The notes under the pieces were generated by a model. The model was not told the origin of the DNA. It saw only the letters and a list, made by a program, of their open reading frames with translations, and did not search any database. 64,000 nucleotides of DNA from Leidyana gryllorum EB-2025a (Eukaryota; Protista; Apicomplexa), in contig JBLWGC010000109.1 in the NCBI GenBank assembly GCA_048772705.1, positions 310,001-374,000 on the forward strand, in the 5' to 3' direction. The translations under genes and the position numbers were made by a program. The stretch's first letter is position 1, and each line of letters starts with the position of its first letter. Positions 36,164 through 47,628 of this stretch are shown piece by piece.

Positions 36164-37921
36164 TCACTTGCGGGATCTCGAGCTCTTCTTGCTCTTCTTG
36201 GTGCTGGAGGCCTGATCGGCGACTCCCCGAGTAGTCACGTTCTGCTGCAGATAGCTTGCGTTGTTGCCAGAGTGCACGCTGACGCCGCCATAGGCCGCGG
36301 GAGCTGGTACCAAAAGATTTGAGGCCGTTGTGTAGGGGACAGCGTTGGTGGTGGTTGTGGTGGTAGTGGTGGTGGTCTGCTGAACCGCGGCGCCAACAGT
36401 GCCCTCCACGCCGCCGATGGGAAGAGAGTTAGTCTGCCAGGCCTTCATGACGGCCTGCTGGAGGTCAATGTTGGACAGCTGGCTTTGGAAGTCGGTCTTC
36501 ATGATCTGGGCGGCGAGTCCTTCGATCTCGCAGAGAGAAGCGGCGGACTTGGTGAGGCTGCTGATTTGGCCCAGATAAGTGCCGGTTTTGAGTTTGAGGT
36601 CCTCGTTGAGGAGTTCAGTGGCAATAGGCACTTCGATGAAGCGTGGGAGGTAAACGGGGTAGGTGGCCTTGGCGTAGCGGGGTTTCATCTGAGGGAGGTG
36701 GTACTCGTAGGTGACCTCGGCCTCGACGGGTACGGGGATTTTGACGGCGACGTCCACAGCCTTCTCAACGATAACTTCCTGAGGTACGGGTTTCTCAACG
36801 TATTGAGGGACGGGAACTTCGCGAGTGACGACTTTGTCAACCCACTCAACACGTTCGACCAACTTTTCGACGGGAACATCGCGATAGGTGATCTCAGGAA
36901 TGACGCGCGGGACCTCTTTGGTGACGATTTTGGGGACCTCAATGACGCGTTCCTGGTGGACGACGACTGGTTTGTGGACAACTTTCTCCTGGACGACTCT
37001 CTCGGGGACCTCGACGATGCGTTCGACGTATTCGATCTCGGGAATCTCGACAATCTTCTCGACGATTGTGGGTTTGGCGACTTCGACGATCTTTTCGCGA
37101 ACGATTTGGACATCGTCGATGACCTCCTCGTGTCTGACAGTCTCAGGAATGACGATGACTTTCTCGATGACTTCCTCGCGGACGATCTTCTTGGGCACTC
37201 TGATCTCGTGCTCAACGTATCGCTCGGAGATGACGGACTGACGGGTCTCGTCCACACGCTGGTTGACAGAAATGACGCGCTGCTCGCCGTATTCGTGGCC
37301 GACGACTCGGGAAGTTTCAGTTGCAGCAGACTGACGGCGGGAACCGGTAGTGGTCACGTAGCCTTCCAGATTAGAAATAGTGTGGTACTGTTGGCTGGAA
37401 CCGCCGACGCTAATAGTGCCGGCACCACCAACGCTCAGAGTGCCGCCGACGTAAGACGGCTGATAGGTGGTGGTGTTTTGGGTCGCCGCCTGGTGGCCAC
37501 CAGTGGTGTAAGTAGTGGTGGTGGTGGTCTGCGGGCCTTGTTGCTGCAGGTGGTGATAGCCGGCTGGAGTGGTGGTGGATGTCGTTTCATAGCCTCCCTC
37601 AAGAGCAGCAGCAGCAGCAGCAGTGGTGTAGTGAGCGCCACCACTGACCTGGTAAGAAGAAGTGACCTGTTGATTGGAAATAGTTGTGGGCTGCTGCTCA
37701 GTAGAATAGTGGGTGGTATAAGTCGCAGTAGTCTGCGGTTGCTGATGGTCATAAGTAGTTGTGGTGGTGGTGGTCTTTTGGTAAGCGCCAGGAAGAACTT
37801 GCACCCCCGCGCCAGTAGTTTCCATGGTTTGGTAAACCGGCTGCTGGGCGTATGTGGTGTACTCCTCGACGGTTTCGACGTTGGTCGGGTGCTCAGCGAC
37901 TTGTTGCTCAACGGCGGACAT
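36164..37921 (-). CDS. Alveolin / IMC1-family protein B (paralogue of A)
   Basis: 585-aa ORF with the same EKIVEIP-type repeats; core nearly identical to 32294-33919. Confidence 0.92.
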   Translation of the reverse strand: MSAVEQQVAEHPTNVETVEEYTTYAQQPVYQTMETTGAGVQVLPGAYQKTTTTTTTYDHQQPQTTATYTTHYSTEQQPTTISNQQVTSSYQVSGGAHYTTAAAAAALEGGYETTSTTTPAGYHHLQQQGPQTTTTTTYTTGGHQAATQNTTTYQPSYVGGTLSVGGAGTISVGGSSQQYHTISNLEGYVTTTGSRRQSAATETSRVVGHEYGEQRVISVNQRVDETRQSVISERYVEHEIRVPKKIVREEVIEKVIVIPETVRHEEVIDDVQIVREKIVEVAKPTIVEKIVEIPEIEYVERIVEVPERVVQEKVVHKPVVVHQERVIEVPKIVTKEVPRVIPEITYRDVPVEKLVERVEWVDKVVTREVPVPQYVEKPVPQEVIVEKAVDVAVKIPVPVEAEVTYEYHLPQMKPRYAKATYPVYLPRFIEVPIATELLNEDLKLKTGTYLGQISSLTKSAASLCEIEGLAAQIMKTDFQSQLSNIDLQQAVMKAWQTNSLPIGGVEGTVGAAVQQTTTTTTTTTTNAVPYTTASNLLVPAPAAYGGVSVHSGNNASYLQQNVTTRGVADQASSTKKSKKSSRSRK

Positions 37922-38205
37922 CTCGCTTAATTGAGTGAAAGCCTATAAGAAAAGATTAGATCAACCACACGCACTCTCCAACGACAACACTTACAAAAAA
38001 TGAAGTGAAGCTTTGAGATCTAAATAGAGGGGCGGTCGCTGCTTCCAAAAGACTAACTTCCTCGCCCACAAGACACCCCTCTGTGTGCAAACCTTCGGGA
38101 CATCCCATACATAATGACGCCGCCGATCACACTTTGTGTGGTCACCTGTAGCTGGTGGTGGTCGTGGTTCAGATTCCTTCCCTCGCTGCTGCTGCTGCTG
38201 CTATG

Positions 38206-38673
38206 CTAACTGTCCGCTGCTGTTGAGGGCGTCTGCGCGACTGATGACTGCTGTTTGATCCTTCTTTTCTGACTGGGGGCCTCCGTAGATATCCGCATTC
38301 GACCTGGACCTTCCGTGCTGCTATTCAGCAGCGTACTCAACTTACTGCGGGCCGCGTGCACCCGGTCCAATTCGCTCACCGACTCGCCTCGTAACTGCTT
38401 TTTCCGATACACTGCGACACTCCGAATGTACGAGTCGCGAACACCTGCTATCTCTCGCTCGGCAATTGTGCTCAGGTCATTGGCTATTTCATCAAACCCT
38501 TCAGGACTTATACCCTCCCGCTCCTGTTTATCCATTGTCTCCGACTCCAGCGTCGCTATTTGCAGTTTAATGCGCGTAAAGAAGCTCCGTAACATATCCG
38601 TCGGCATCACCAGCGTAGGGAGTTCCAACTCCGGCTCAGCCGGCTTCTGCGCATTAGAGCACCAGCAACTCAT
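38206..38673 (-). CDS. Hypothetical helical protein with an N-terminal Cys pair (MSCWC)
   Basis: ATG lies 10 nt after the kinase stop; 155-aa ORF; the Cys residues could be palmitoylated (inference). Confidence 0.6.
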   Translation of the reverse strand: MSCWCSNAQKPAEPELELPTLVMPTDMLRSFFTRIKLQIATLESETMDKQEREGISPEGFDEIANDLSTIAEREIAGVRDSYIRSVAVYRKKQLRGESVSELDRVHAARSKLSTLLNSSTEGPGRMRISTEAPSQKRRIKQQSSVAQTPSTAADS

Positions 38674-38683
38674 CAAAAAAATC

Positions 38684-39879
38684 CTATACTCGAGGCAACT
38701 CGTTCGGCATGCACGGCCGAGGTGCAACTTTGAACCATGGATGGTTCAACGCCTGACTCCAACCGTTCAACACCACACTCACCCACACCCACTTACCTGC
38801 GTCGCACTGATCCGCTCCATTGGATTCAGTTGTAGTAACTTGTCCAGCAGATCCAAAGCCGTCGGGGGCACATTCGGGAAAATGTCAGACAGAGGTGTCG
38901 GTGGGGTGTGAGCAAACTCGAAAAACGCAGGCAGATTAGACGCCGCTGGCCATAAGTCATTACCCCGAGCCAGTCTTTCACCTTCCTTCTCAGCAACCGA
39001 AGGACTTCCACGCACCGCCACAATCTTTGCTAACTGATCCACCTCCCCAGTCCCATTAAATAACGGCCGCCCACCCAGCAATAATTCTGCCATTATACAA
39101 CCCACCGACCACATATCTGCTCTGTCCTCTGCAAAACAAGGGGGTGTGTGGGAGGGGTGTATGCGAGGGGGTGTGTGCGAGGGGGCGTGCCACACGCCAC
39201 ACACTGTGTGACAGAAAGTGATATACTTACGGTAATACTGTGAGCCGTACAGAAGTTCTGGAGGCCGATACCACAAGGTGACGGTCATCCACGTCTTTTT
39301 GCTGGCACGTGGAGATGCAAATGGACGGCTGAGCCCAAAGTCGGCCACTTTGCACACTCCTTCAGCGTCAATGAAGACGTTGCCGGGTGACAGATCGCGG
39401 TGGAGGAAGAAATTGCGATGCAGTTCTTCCAGGCCGAGCAGTATTTGTTGAATAACGCATTTGGCCTGGGCTTCGGCGAATCGAACACGTTTGTCCAGCA
39501 TCTTGCGCAGATCACTGTCCATAAGGGGCATCACAAGGTTGATAAAGTCCCCCTCCAGGTATACGTCATACAACTGCGAGTGTCAGAATCGATATAGCAT
39601 AGCACTTCCGGGGCGTTGACGTACATTGATGAGGTTAGGATGATCCAGTTCTCGCATAATCTTTATCTCTCTGTAGACACTGTGGTTGATGCCTGATATC
39701 ATGACGGCTGCTCGGTTGTCTTCCCATATGTCTTCGCGTAGTTTGTTGTCAACTTTGACCTTCTTGATAGCCACCAGTCCTCCCGTTATTCGGTCACGAG
39801 CCTTCTCGACCTTTCCGTAGGCCCCCTGTCCGATGTGGGCGTCGACTATTTCATAGCGAGCGGACCCCCGAAGCACCAT
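38684..39879 (-). CDS. MRK: MO15-related / CDK7-like cyclin-dependent kinase (PfMRK-like), 4 exons
   Basis: IGQGAYGKV, VAIKK, GINHSVYREIKIMREL, HRDLSPGN, DFG, VTLWYRPPELL, DMWSVGC. Introns 39624-39574, 39230-39129 and 38796-38753; last exon ALNHPWF...PRV*. HRDLSP and GIN..(L/Y)REIKIM are as I recall them for Plasmodium MRK. Confidence 0.88.
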
Positions 39880-39902
39880 GGTGACTTTTTTTGAGAGCAA
39901 GA
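39880..39902. promoter_or_regulatory. Candidate 23-nt bidirectional promoter/initiator between the MRK and TAF12-like genes
   Basis: GGTGACTTTTTTTGAGAGCAAGA lies between divergent ATGs; the motif recurs at 42806 and 58439. Confidence 0.5.
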
Positions 39903-40484
39903 ATGAACCCCCCTCTCCAGGCGGTGGGGCCGCCAGGACAGCCCCCCCCACAAGGACCCCCAAGATACGTCTCCCATCCTGGTCAAGGCGGACAGCCCCC
40001 TACGATGGGTATGTCGGGGGGCCCGTCTCCTACACGCCAACAGGGGCCTCTCAGACCGTTGGTGGTTCAGAATAGCCACACAATTCGCCGGGTGGTATTT
40101 GCAGCGGTGGCACAGCGTAACGGGAACAGACCAAACGCCGAGCAGTTGAAGGAACCGGTATTCACCCTTTTGACATACTTCGCTGACAGACTATGCGACT
40201 ATACCCTAAGCTCGTTGTGTAAACTCAAGGCAAACCCAGATGACTTTACTTTTGACGACGTGGCCAGATTCTGTGCTGACCATTTGGGTTATGAGGCTGG
40301 ACTGGAGAATCTAGAAGTCCCATCACTGACCCCCCCACCTGCCACCAGAGATCCTACACCCCTCTGGAAATCTCGCGTCCCCCCTGAAGAAGACCCACAG
40401 CTCCAAGCTTTGACCCGTCCTTCTTCTTCTGACGTGATCACTGCTGATTGGCTTAGTGAAGTATTGGATAGACAACAAAAGTAG
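39903..40484 (+). CDS. Histone-fold protein, TAF12-like
   Basis: Pro/Gln/Gly-rich N-terminus followed by LKEPVFTLLTYFADRLCDYTLSSLCKL...FTFDDVARFCADHLG, matching the TAF12 pattern (V..LL..AD.F....C.L...DV) by eye. Confidence 0.55.
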   Translation: MNPPLQAVGPPGQPPPQGPPRYVSHPGQGGQPPTMGMSGGPSPTRQQGPLRPLVVQNSHTIRRVVFAAVAQRNGNRPNAEQLKEPVFTLLTYFADRLCDYTLSSLCKLKANPDDFTFDDVARFCADHLGYEAGLENLEVPSLTPPPATRDPTPLWKSRVPPEEDPQLQALTRPSSSDVITADWLSEVLDRQQK

Positions 40485-40669
40485 TAAAAGCCGATACCCA
40501 CAGCCACAATGTCGCGCGCACACTATATATGACGTGCGTGTGTCCGATCCTTCGGGACAGAGAGATCATCTCTCCCCGAACCACGCAACGGAAATTTCAC
40601 CCCAAACACTCTCCTCCCGTCAAACTACACTTCTACACCACATATCACTCAGCTTTTTCCTTCTGCCCA

Positions 40670-40949
40670 ATGCGTCTGATCACCAGCGTTATTTTCGGCC
40701 TCGTTGCCGTCGCTGCTACTTCCTCCGGTAATCTGCGTGCTGAAGTGCTCAGGAGCGAGCGCAGAAGTCGTCAGACCGCCAAATACGTCCCACGCATGGT
40801 ACGAATGGGCCGATTTGCCGGCCATCCTGAATTGCACCAAGTCGAGGTCGATGCCGTTCAGCCTCCCCGGTTGCAATGAGCCACATCATGAGGGAAGACC
40901 CCGCGAAGGTTATTATTTGTCACGCCAAGGTAGTCCAATGTCCCTCTAA
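40670..40949 (+). CDS. Small secreted peptide (~80 aa), 2 exons
   Basis: Signal peptide MRLITSVIFGLVAVAA; a short phase-1 GTAAT..CAG intron (25 or 37 nt) joins to frame 40704-40949, which has two Cys. Confidence 0.55.
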
Positions 40950-40969
40950 ATGCTTTTCTTAGTGTGGAA

Positions 40970-42805
40970 TCAGTCTTTTCTGAGTACCACCGCCCAGTTG
41001 TTGTTGTCAAAATAACTCTCAGCCAGACTACATCCCTGCGCTGCAAGACACTCCTTAACGATGTCCTCCTTATTGAAAACGTGATAGTATCGCACAATCT
41101 TCGTCTCATTCGGATGCTTTGTCTCAGGTTGCTGCAACGTCCACGGTACCCATACGTCGTCAGCCGCAAATGTCCGTGCGCCCAAACTGTCTTTCTCGTG
41201 CTCTTTCGCCCACACATAGATCAACAACAAACCTCCAGGACGAGTTACCCGCAGCATCTCCTCCACAGCCGCCGTTCGCCTCTCAGCAAGGCTGAGGTGA
41301 TGCAGAACCGCGATCGAGAGGCAAACATCAGCCACCCCGTCTCTGCAACTCAGACGCAATGCATCATCACGCAGTAATTCCAGCGGGCGCAAAGGCCCAT
41401 TCGCTTGCTGCATCCATAATATTGGCGACTCCGACTGATCACCACTGAATTGCCTCCCCATTGAAAGCAAACCCATCGAGTAATCACTTCCCACCCAGAA
41501 AGAGTCAGCATCCACGCTCTGGCTGTACTTTCCGTTTCCACATCCCACATCAACCACAATGCTCCCAGGATGAGTATTCGCCTTCAGAAACTCTGCGATG
41601 CGCGGCCAGGGGCGGAATCTGCACATGGAAGGAATCATATGAGCATCACAGACGCTGTCGAACACGTGTGCATAGAGACAAGGCCCACCAACTCGGAGCA
41701 GAATAAGCAGCGATTGTGAAGATTCGCGTACCTGGTGTGACTGAAGTGGCGTGCGATCTGATCGTACACATCATGAACATATCTCTGTTCTAATTCCACC
41801 GGATTCATGAGCTCTGGGTCCACTGCTTCGCATACGATAGTTGGCCTGACTTCTGCTTTGGCTCCCGGATACTGTCTAACATGTGGTCCGGCCAAGGCAC
41901 ACAGCAGATTCGGGCGGAACTCAGGATTGATCTCTCGAAGCAATAAAACTAAGGTGTCACCCTCAGTTAATTTCCGAACCTGGTAGGCAAAGTAGGGCGA
42001 CTGACTATCCCAAGTCACTCGGGCCATTTGGCCTACTTCGACCAGAACATCATGCATCCCATTTCGGTCAACGTATTGAAATCGTATCGCGTCATTCGTC
42101 GGAACGATGGTGATCGAATTCTGACAAAAGACGGACTCAGACTGTTGGAGAGCCAAAACCTTAGGTGCTTACCATTAGTGTGTTGAGGGTTTCGATGCGG
42201 AAGAGGCTGGGGTATGACATGTTAAGCCGTAAAACGGAGACTTGTTTGTCGCCTAACCCCATTTCTGCCAGCTGCTCGGCCATAGCGGTGGGGGTTATCC
42301 TCAATCGAGACATACGGTCGACAGAGAGCTGCTCCAGCCACTGTCCGATAAAGTGTAATTCTGTACACAGCAGGATTTGGAGACCTCTACAATGTCACCT
42401 GCTTACGGTTGCGGTTTCTGTTGAGTGTATAGCCTGAAGCTTGGACCCACTCCGCGACCTTTTCTTTGGTCAACTCCAATGATGCGGTTTCGACCTGCAC
42501 TGCTGGCTGAGAGCCGGTTCCCACCACGAGAGCTTTGGTATCGTCCTCTGATAATGCAGTGATCTGAACCGGAATAGCTTGTTGCGGGAAGTCATCGGGG
42601 GCTATGGCGGTACCAAGGAGAGCATATCCATGGGAACCAAATACTTTTGTCAGAGCCGCAGGGTGACGTTGGCCGTCCGGCGGAGTGGGAATATAAAGTG
42701 AGCCATTGTAGACTGGAACGCGGCTGATTAACGGGTTTGATTTGCGTCAGCTTTGACCTTTCATTACCTGAAGTACTTATCGACTTGGTTAGCGAGGGGC
42801 GGCAT
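40970..42805 (-). CDS. TRM9/ALKBH8-type tRNA wobble-uridine carboxymethyl methyltransferase, multi-exon
   Basis: LEQRYVHDVYDQIARHFSHTR|FRPWPRI (intron 41731-41619), DVGCGNGKY, SIAVLHHL, LRVTRPGG..LIYVWA, RYYHVF, DNNNW. Upstream exons trace by GT-AG to the ATG at 42805. Confidence 0.88.
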
Positions 42806-42833
42806 TTGGGGTGAAAAAACTTTTTGAGCTGGT
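42806..42833. promoter_or_regulatory. Candidate 28-nt bidirectional promoter/initiator between the methyltransferase and peroxiredoxin genes
   Basis: TTGGGGTGAAAAAACTTTTTGAGCTGGT lies between divergent ATGs. Confidence 0.5.
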
Positions 42834-43880
42834 ATGGAATCGCCTCGCGCGGGCTCAGTGGGGCGTGCAGCGGGTAATTCGAGCGGCTCCCGTCGTTTGA
42901 GCACTAACCCATGTGCTCCGTACCTCCGCAGCAGGCACCACAAGAGTCTGACGGGAGGGCCGTCGATGGAGCCGGTGCATGACAAGCCCCGAATGCGCAG
43001 TGAAACCCATACATTTCGTCCTGACTCAGATCGACTACATTTGGAGCTTGTTCGGCGAGTTCAGGCTGATTCTTTGGAGTCAAGCCACCGACATAGAGCC
43101 CCCTCAACCTGTTCGGGAAGCGCTCGCAACAACGATATTTCGCGAATTCTCAGACCACCGCTTCTGGCTGGCGAACTACTGCCCCGCACCCGTATATTGT
43201 TGAAGGGACAGGGCATATATTTACGTGACTTCTTCGCCGATAGACGTGGGGTACTCTTTGGAGGCCCAGGAGCTTTCACGCCTACTTGCAGTGAACATCA
43301 TCTCGTCGGATTTCGTGATCAATCCAATCAGATCAAAGCAGCTGGGATCGATTTCATTGGCTGCATATACTCGAACGATCCCTATGTACTCAAAGCTTGG
43401 GCACGATCCAAGAAAGTTCATGATCATTTTACCTTTATCTCTGATGTCGAGGGTCGCTTGGCCTCAGCCTTGGGAGTCCTCACTCGATCACGAGCGCGGG
43501 GCCTGGGTCATAGGCCTCGCCGCTTCGCCATGGTCATAGGTCAAGGTGGCCGCGTCGAGTGGTCTAATGTAGACAATGATTGTTTCGCCGAAGACGTTCT
43601 CAAGTTTCTTGGCGTGGCTCCTGGTACGCGATTCCCTAAACTTGATCACCCCCTGTTGACGTATCCTTCGGTGTCATCTGATGTGTCACACGTTGTAGCA
43701 CCATACGCTGTCTATTCTGCTTCGCAAAATCCTAGAGGAAACCTGTGTGTGCGCGCGAATTATGTGTGTCGTATAAGTGCGCGTCTCGTGCCCAGGTGTC
43801 AATTGTGCCAAATGGGTTGGGTAGCCTTCATGATGAGCTCAGAAGGCAGCAACAGTGGGCCCTTCTCAGTTCATTCGTGA
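42834..43880 (+). CDS. Prx5/AOP-type peroxiredoxin (redoxin) with a long basic N-terminal extension; 3' end probably spliced
   Basis: LFGGPGAFTPTCSEHHL, NDPYVLKAW, FISD, RGLGHRPRRFAMVI. Confidence 0.88.
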   Translation: MESPRAGSVGRAAGNSSGSRRLSTNPCAPYLRSRHHKSLTGGPSMEPVHDKPRMRSETHTFRPDSDRLHLELVRRVQADSLESSHRHRAPSTCSGSARNNDISRILRPPLLAGELLPRTRILLKGQGIYLRDFFADRRGVLFGGPGAFTPTCSEHHLVGFRDQSNQIKAAGIDFIGCIYSNDPYVLKAWARSKKVHDHFTFISDVEGRLASALGVLTRSRARGLGHRPRRFAMVIGQGGRVEWSNVDNDCFAEDVLKFLGVAPGTRFPKLDHPLLTYPSVSSDVSHVVAPYAVYSASQNPRGNLCVRANYVCRISARLVPRCQLCQMGWVAFMMSSEGSNSGPFSVHS

Positions 43881-43941
43881 TCAGTACCGCTGCAATATGA
43901 TTCCCTATTCGTCACGTTGTACTTTCGTGTGGGTCAATTAG

Positions 43942-45689
43942 TGCTGCAGCACCCGTAGCGGAGAATGGAGAACCAGTTCAGCCGGTGGAGACCGCGTACG
44001 GCGATACCGAGTCCAGCGAAGGTCCTGTGGCGGATGACTCAAGTTCAGAATCGATGAGCGAGGCGGCCGCTGAGGAAGCCCCAGAGGAATTTAGCTCTCA
44101 AGAGATTTTGATTGGGAAGTGGCGCGCCCTCATAATGGAAGCTTCCGTGCGAGTGGACGATCTGACCAAGATACCGTTGGCTTCTGTGGAGCTTGGCAGG
44201 GGCGCGCCTGGCGATCATTCGGTTTCTCTCAATTACAATGCTAAGCCCAGTCAGCATACTATATCGCATACAGCTCAAGGCATACGTGTTAGTGTGGAAA
44301 TTGGGCACGGATTGGACGGTTTTGGGCTGCTGCGATTTGATGGACGAAATTATGTGGCGACTGAATTCCACGTTGTGGGCCCCTCGCCTCACGTTCTGGA
44401 CGCCAAACCGAGCTTTCAGCGGCCGGTGGAGTTGCGGATTGTACACCAAGCAGCGCCAGATCAAAAAGGTGAGCCGCTTTATTGAGTGTCAGATGGGCGA
44501 TCACTATGTTCAGATGGTTCTACGAGGTCTCCGTTATTGGTATTGGCAGTGACCTTCACGCCGCCTCCCCTGACTGCTTCGGAACGAGACAATGTATTGG
44601 CGATCAATCCGTTTGTGGGACAAGTATTGGAGATTCCGACTTTGGCACCGGATATATACGAAGTCTTCCAGGTGGGCCGCCGTGCCCTACCCGGCGGCGG
44701 CTTCAACCTAAATGAATTGATACCTTCTGATGCGTCCTTCTTCAACTACAAAGGAGTGTTGAGTGCGTTGGGTGAACGTGTCACTTGGTTGGTGATGAAA
44801 CAACCGCTATCATTATCGCGGTTGCAACTGCATGCCTTGGAGCGCTATTGTCCGTCGTCGGCCAGCCAAGTGCATACGCCGTGTGTAGGTCCTCTTGACA
44901 CTTGACTCTCAGTGATCGCTGATTCTATTGCAGGATGCGTTTGCACTCGCGCATGTGTATCGCTTCTTACCCAAATTGAAAAATATGCGGGCCCAATCAC
45001 CCGCAGTCATTATCGAAGCACTTCGCAAGAGTGAGTACTGATCAATCTTTACCACACACCCGCCAAACACCCGCCAAACACCCGCCACACACACACACAT
45101 TTGTCGCAGAAATGTATGTCATGACTCAATTGGAGTCAAGTTTGACGTCTTCGGTATTGTATGCTTTGAGCACCGAGGGAACTGATATCAGCAATTGGCT
45201 GTTTGCGTTCCGTCACAAGCTGGAGGAGCAAGAAAAGGAGCTTGGCGATCTATTGGGACTTGTGAGTGATGTGGGATGGGGTCTGAATGTTGAGGGGCGG
45301 GTGTTTTTCTCAGATTGATAAAGCGTTGGAGGCTTATCCCGTGCGTCAAGCTGATTTGGAAACGATTTGTCGGGCGACCGATTCGGAGGGCGAGTTGAAG
45401 TCAACGTATCTGTCGCGTTTCTTGGTGGCAGACGATGTGTCGCGATTGGTGAAAGCGTTGGACGAGTCTGAAGTTTTGGAGAGGGGAGTGGTGCGTGTTT
45501 CAACAATACAGCCGATGAGTATGAAGGAGCCGTCGCCAAGGTATCGTAAAGCCATGCGCTATCTGATTGTCATTTCAGGCCTTATTATAGGTCGGTAACT
45601 GCCCCCGGCAGTTCCATCAATCAGCGAAGGGACAGCTACTCATCAGATTCGCACAGCGATCGACACAGCCGCGCGAAGACATCGTATAG
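43942..45689 (+). CDS. Carbonic-anhydrase-related protein (alpha-CA fold, zinc ligands lost), multi-exon, C-terminal hydrophobic helix; ends approximate
   Basis: YVATEFHVVGPSPHVLD, PVELRIVH, LLVLAVTF, FNLNELIP, FFNYKGVLS, ERVTWLVMKQPLSLS follow the alpha-CA motif order. Confidence 0.72.
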
Positions 45690-45801
45690 CGGAGTCGAGA
45701 CGGAGCGATCTTTACCCAACAGTGCCGCCCGACGGGCTGCCCAAGACTCTGGTACTGGCGGCGGCGCTCCCTCGTCCAAGACGTCTTCTCCGGGGAGCAA
45801 A

Positions 45802-47585
45802 GTGAGCACTGCCTCGCGTAAAGGTCTCCAGTTCTCGGAGGTACCGGAACCCATTGGCTCAAAGAGTTCCAAGTTAACCTCCGCACTGAAGAGGCCGAAG
45901 TCGATGATGTCGTCCATTAAGAGCAAAGTACAACAATCGAGCTCGAGCTCGAGCGATGATGGCGCAAGCGACGCGGCTTCGGAGACCTCTGGAGACTCCA
46001 CTGACGGAGTCTCTGCCTCCAGCAGCAGCAGTGAGCGCTCGAGTTCATCCAAGTCCAAGTCTGACGATGAGGAGGAGAGTTCTTCCAGTGACAGGTCGCG
46101 GTCCAAGTCGGCGGAGTCCACGTCGGAATCATCAGAGGAAAGCGACGAGAACTCACGACGACGCGATGGTGACGACGACTCTGACACTGACAACGGCAAG
46201 TCGTCTTCGGGTGCTTCCAGCAGTGAGAGCGACTCGTCGGGCACAGCGTCGTCGTCTTCGGAGGAGGTCATTGTCACTCGAAAGAAGGTGGTGTCGACGA
46301 CGGCCAAAGTACAGCAGAAGTCAGCTTTGAAGAAACGACCCGACGCTCCCGTTGTTGCGATCAAATCCGCTTTAAAGTCCAAAAAGGTGACGCCGGTGCC
46401 GGCGCCTCCAAAAAAGTCGGCTCTGAGGCAACGGGTGGTGAAGGCGGTGCTCCCGTCGTCGTCGTCGTCGTCCTCTGATGAGGACGAGTCGTCTTCCGCC
46501 TCGGCGTCAAAGGCCTCCTCTCGCAGCTCGCGGTCCTCTTCTGGCCGCAGTATTGATGTGGCGTCCACACAGCCATCTGACGACGAGGACGAGGCATCGT
46601 CGACGGAAGACGACGCGCGTTCCTCTTCAAGGATAACCGACTCGGAAGACGCTGGAGAGGGGGAGTCGGACGAGGAGGACTCGAGCAGCAGTTCTTCGTC
46701 CTCTTCAGAGAGCGAAGAGCGGTCGAGTGACGATGGATCTGAAGAATCCGAGATGTCGTCATCAGAGTCGGCGTCTTCTGCTTCTTCCTCCTCGAAATCA
46801 TCGTCGGCGTCGAGCAGCGACACTCCGCGTGCGCGACGGGGGGGTGGAGGAGCAGTCGCTCGACGCGGCGGTCGTCGGAAGAACGACGAGAGCGAATCGC
46901 AGAGTAATACGGCCAAAAGTTCGGATTCCCGAAGTATGAGTCCTTCCAATGAGAGTGTGTGCGCTTCTCCATCGAGGTGTCCGAACGAAGTTGAAGAGCC
47001 GGAGAAAATTGTCGTGAAGAAGAAAGGCAATGGGCAACAACGGAGTGGTATTACGTTGTCGAAAACGACAGGTCAAAACGGCGACCGTACGCTAACAGAA
47101 GCTCAGGTGGAACTGGCACAGTTTATGATGAAAAAGCTCAAGAAGTCAAGCTCTGCAGGTGAGCACTGACTTTTTAGGTTCACCCACAGATTTCGGCCCA
47201 CACAGAATGTACGGACGATGTGACAACGGCCAACACGGCTGCCAATCTGCAGGCAACACAGATCTCCTCTAGCGAGTTGGCTGCCTTACACAAACGCGAT
47301 CAAGAAGCCAAGCGTCAAAAGGCAAAGTCCAAAGCGGGCGGACCTAAGCGTTTGAGTATTCGTTTCAATACTGAAGCCCCCGTGAGCACTCTGCCCAACG
47401 ATTCCGGAGAGGAAGAGTGGGAAGATCTGGACCGCAAACGAGATCGAGAGATCAGATTACGGGGCCGAAAGTAAGCAATCTCAATCTCTGTGGTGGCCTG
47501 TTGATGAACTCTCTCTTCCTCTCACAGACCAACGGGACATCCAAACTTGGGGGACCAAGTCGCCAAAATGCTAATCAGTGAGGAC

Positions 47586-47628
<43 letters not shown>

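Noticed and set aside
36485-37930. Long antisense ORFs opposite the alveolins (also 32531-33430) and the Ser-rich gene (45636-47030)
   Set aside because: Expected shadows of biased codon usage and low complexity; the translations have no protein-like motifs.
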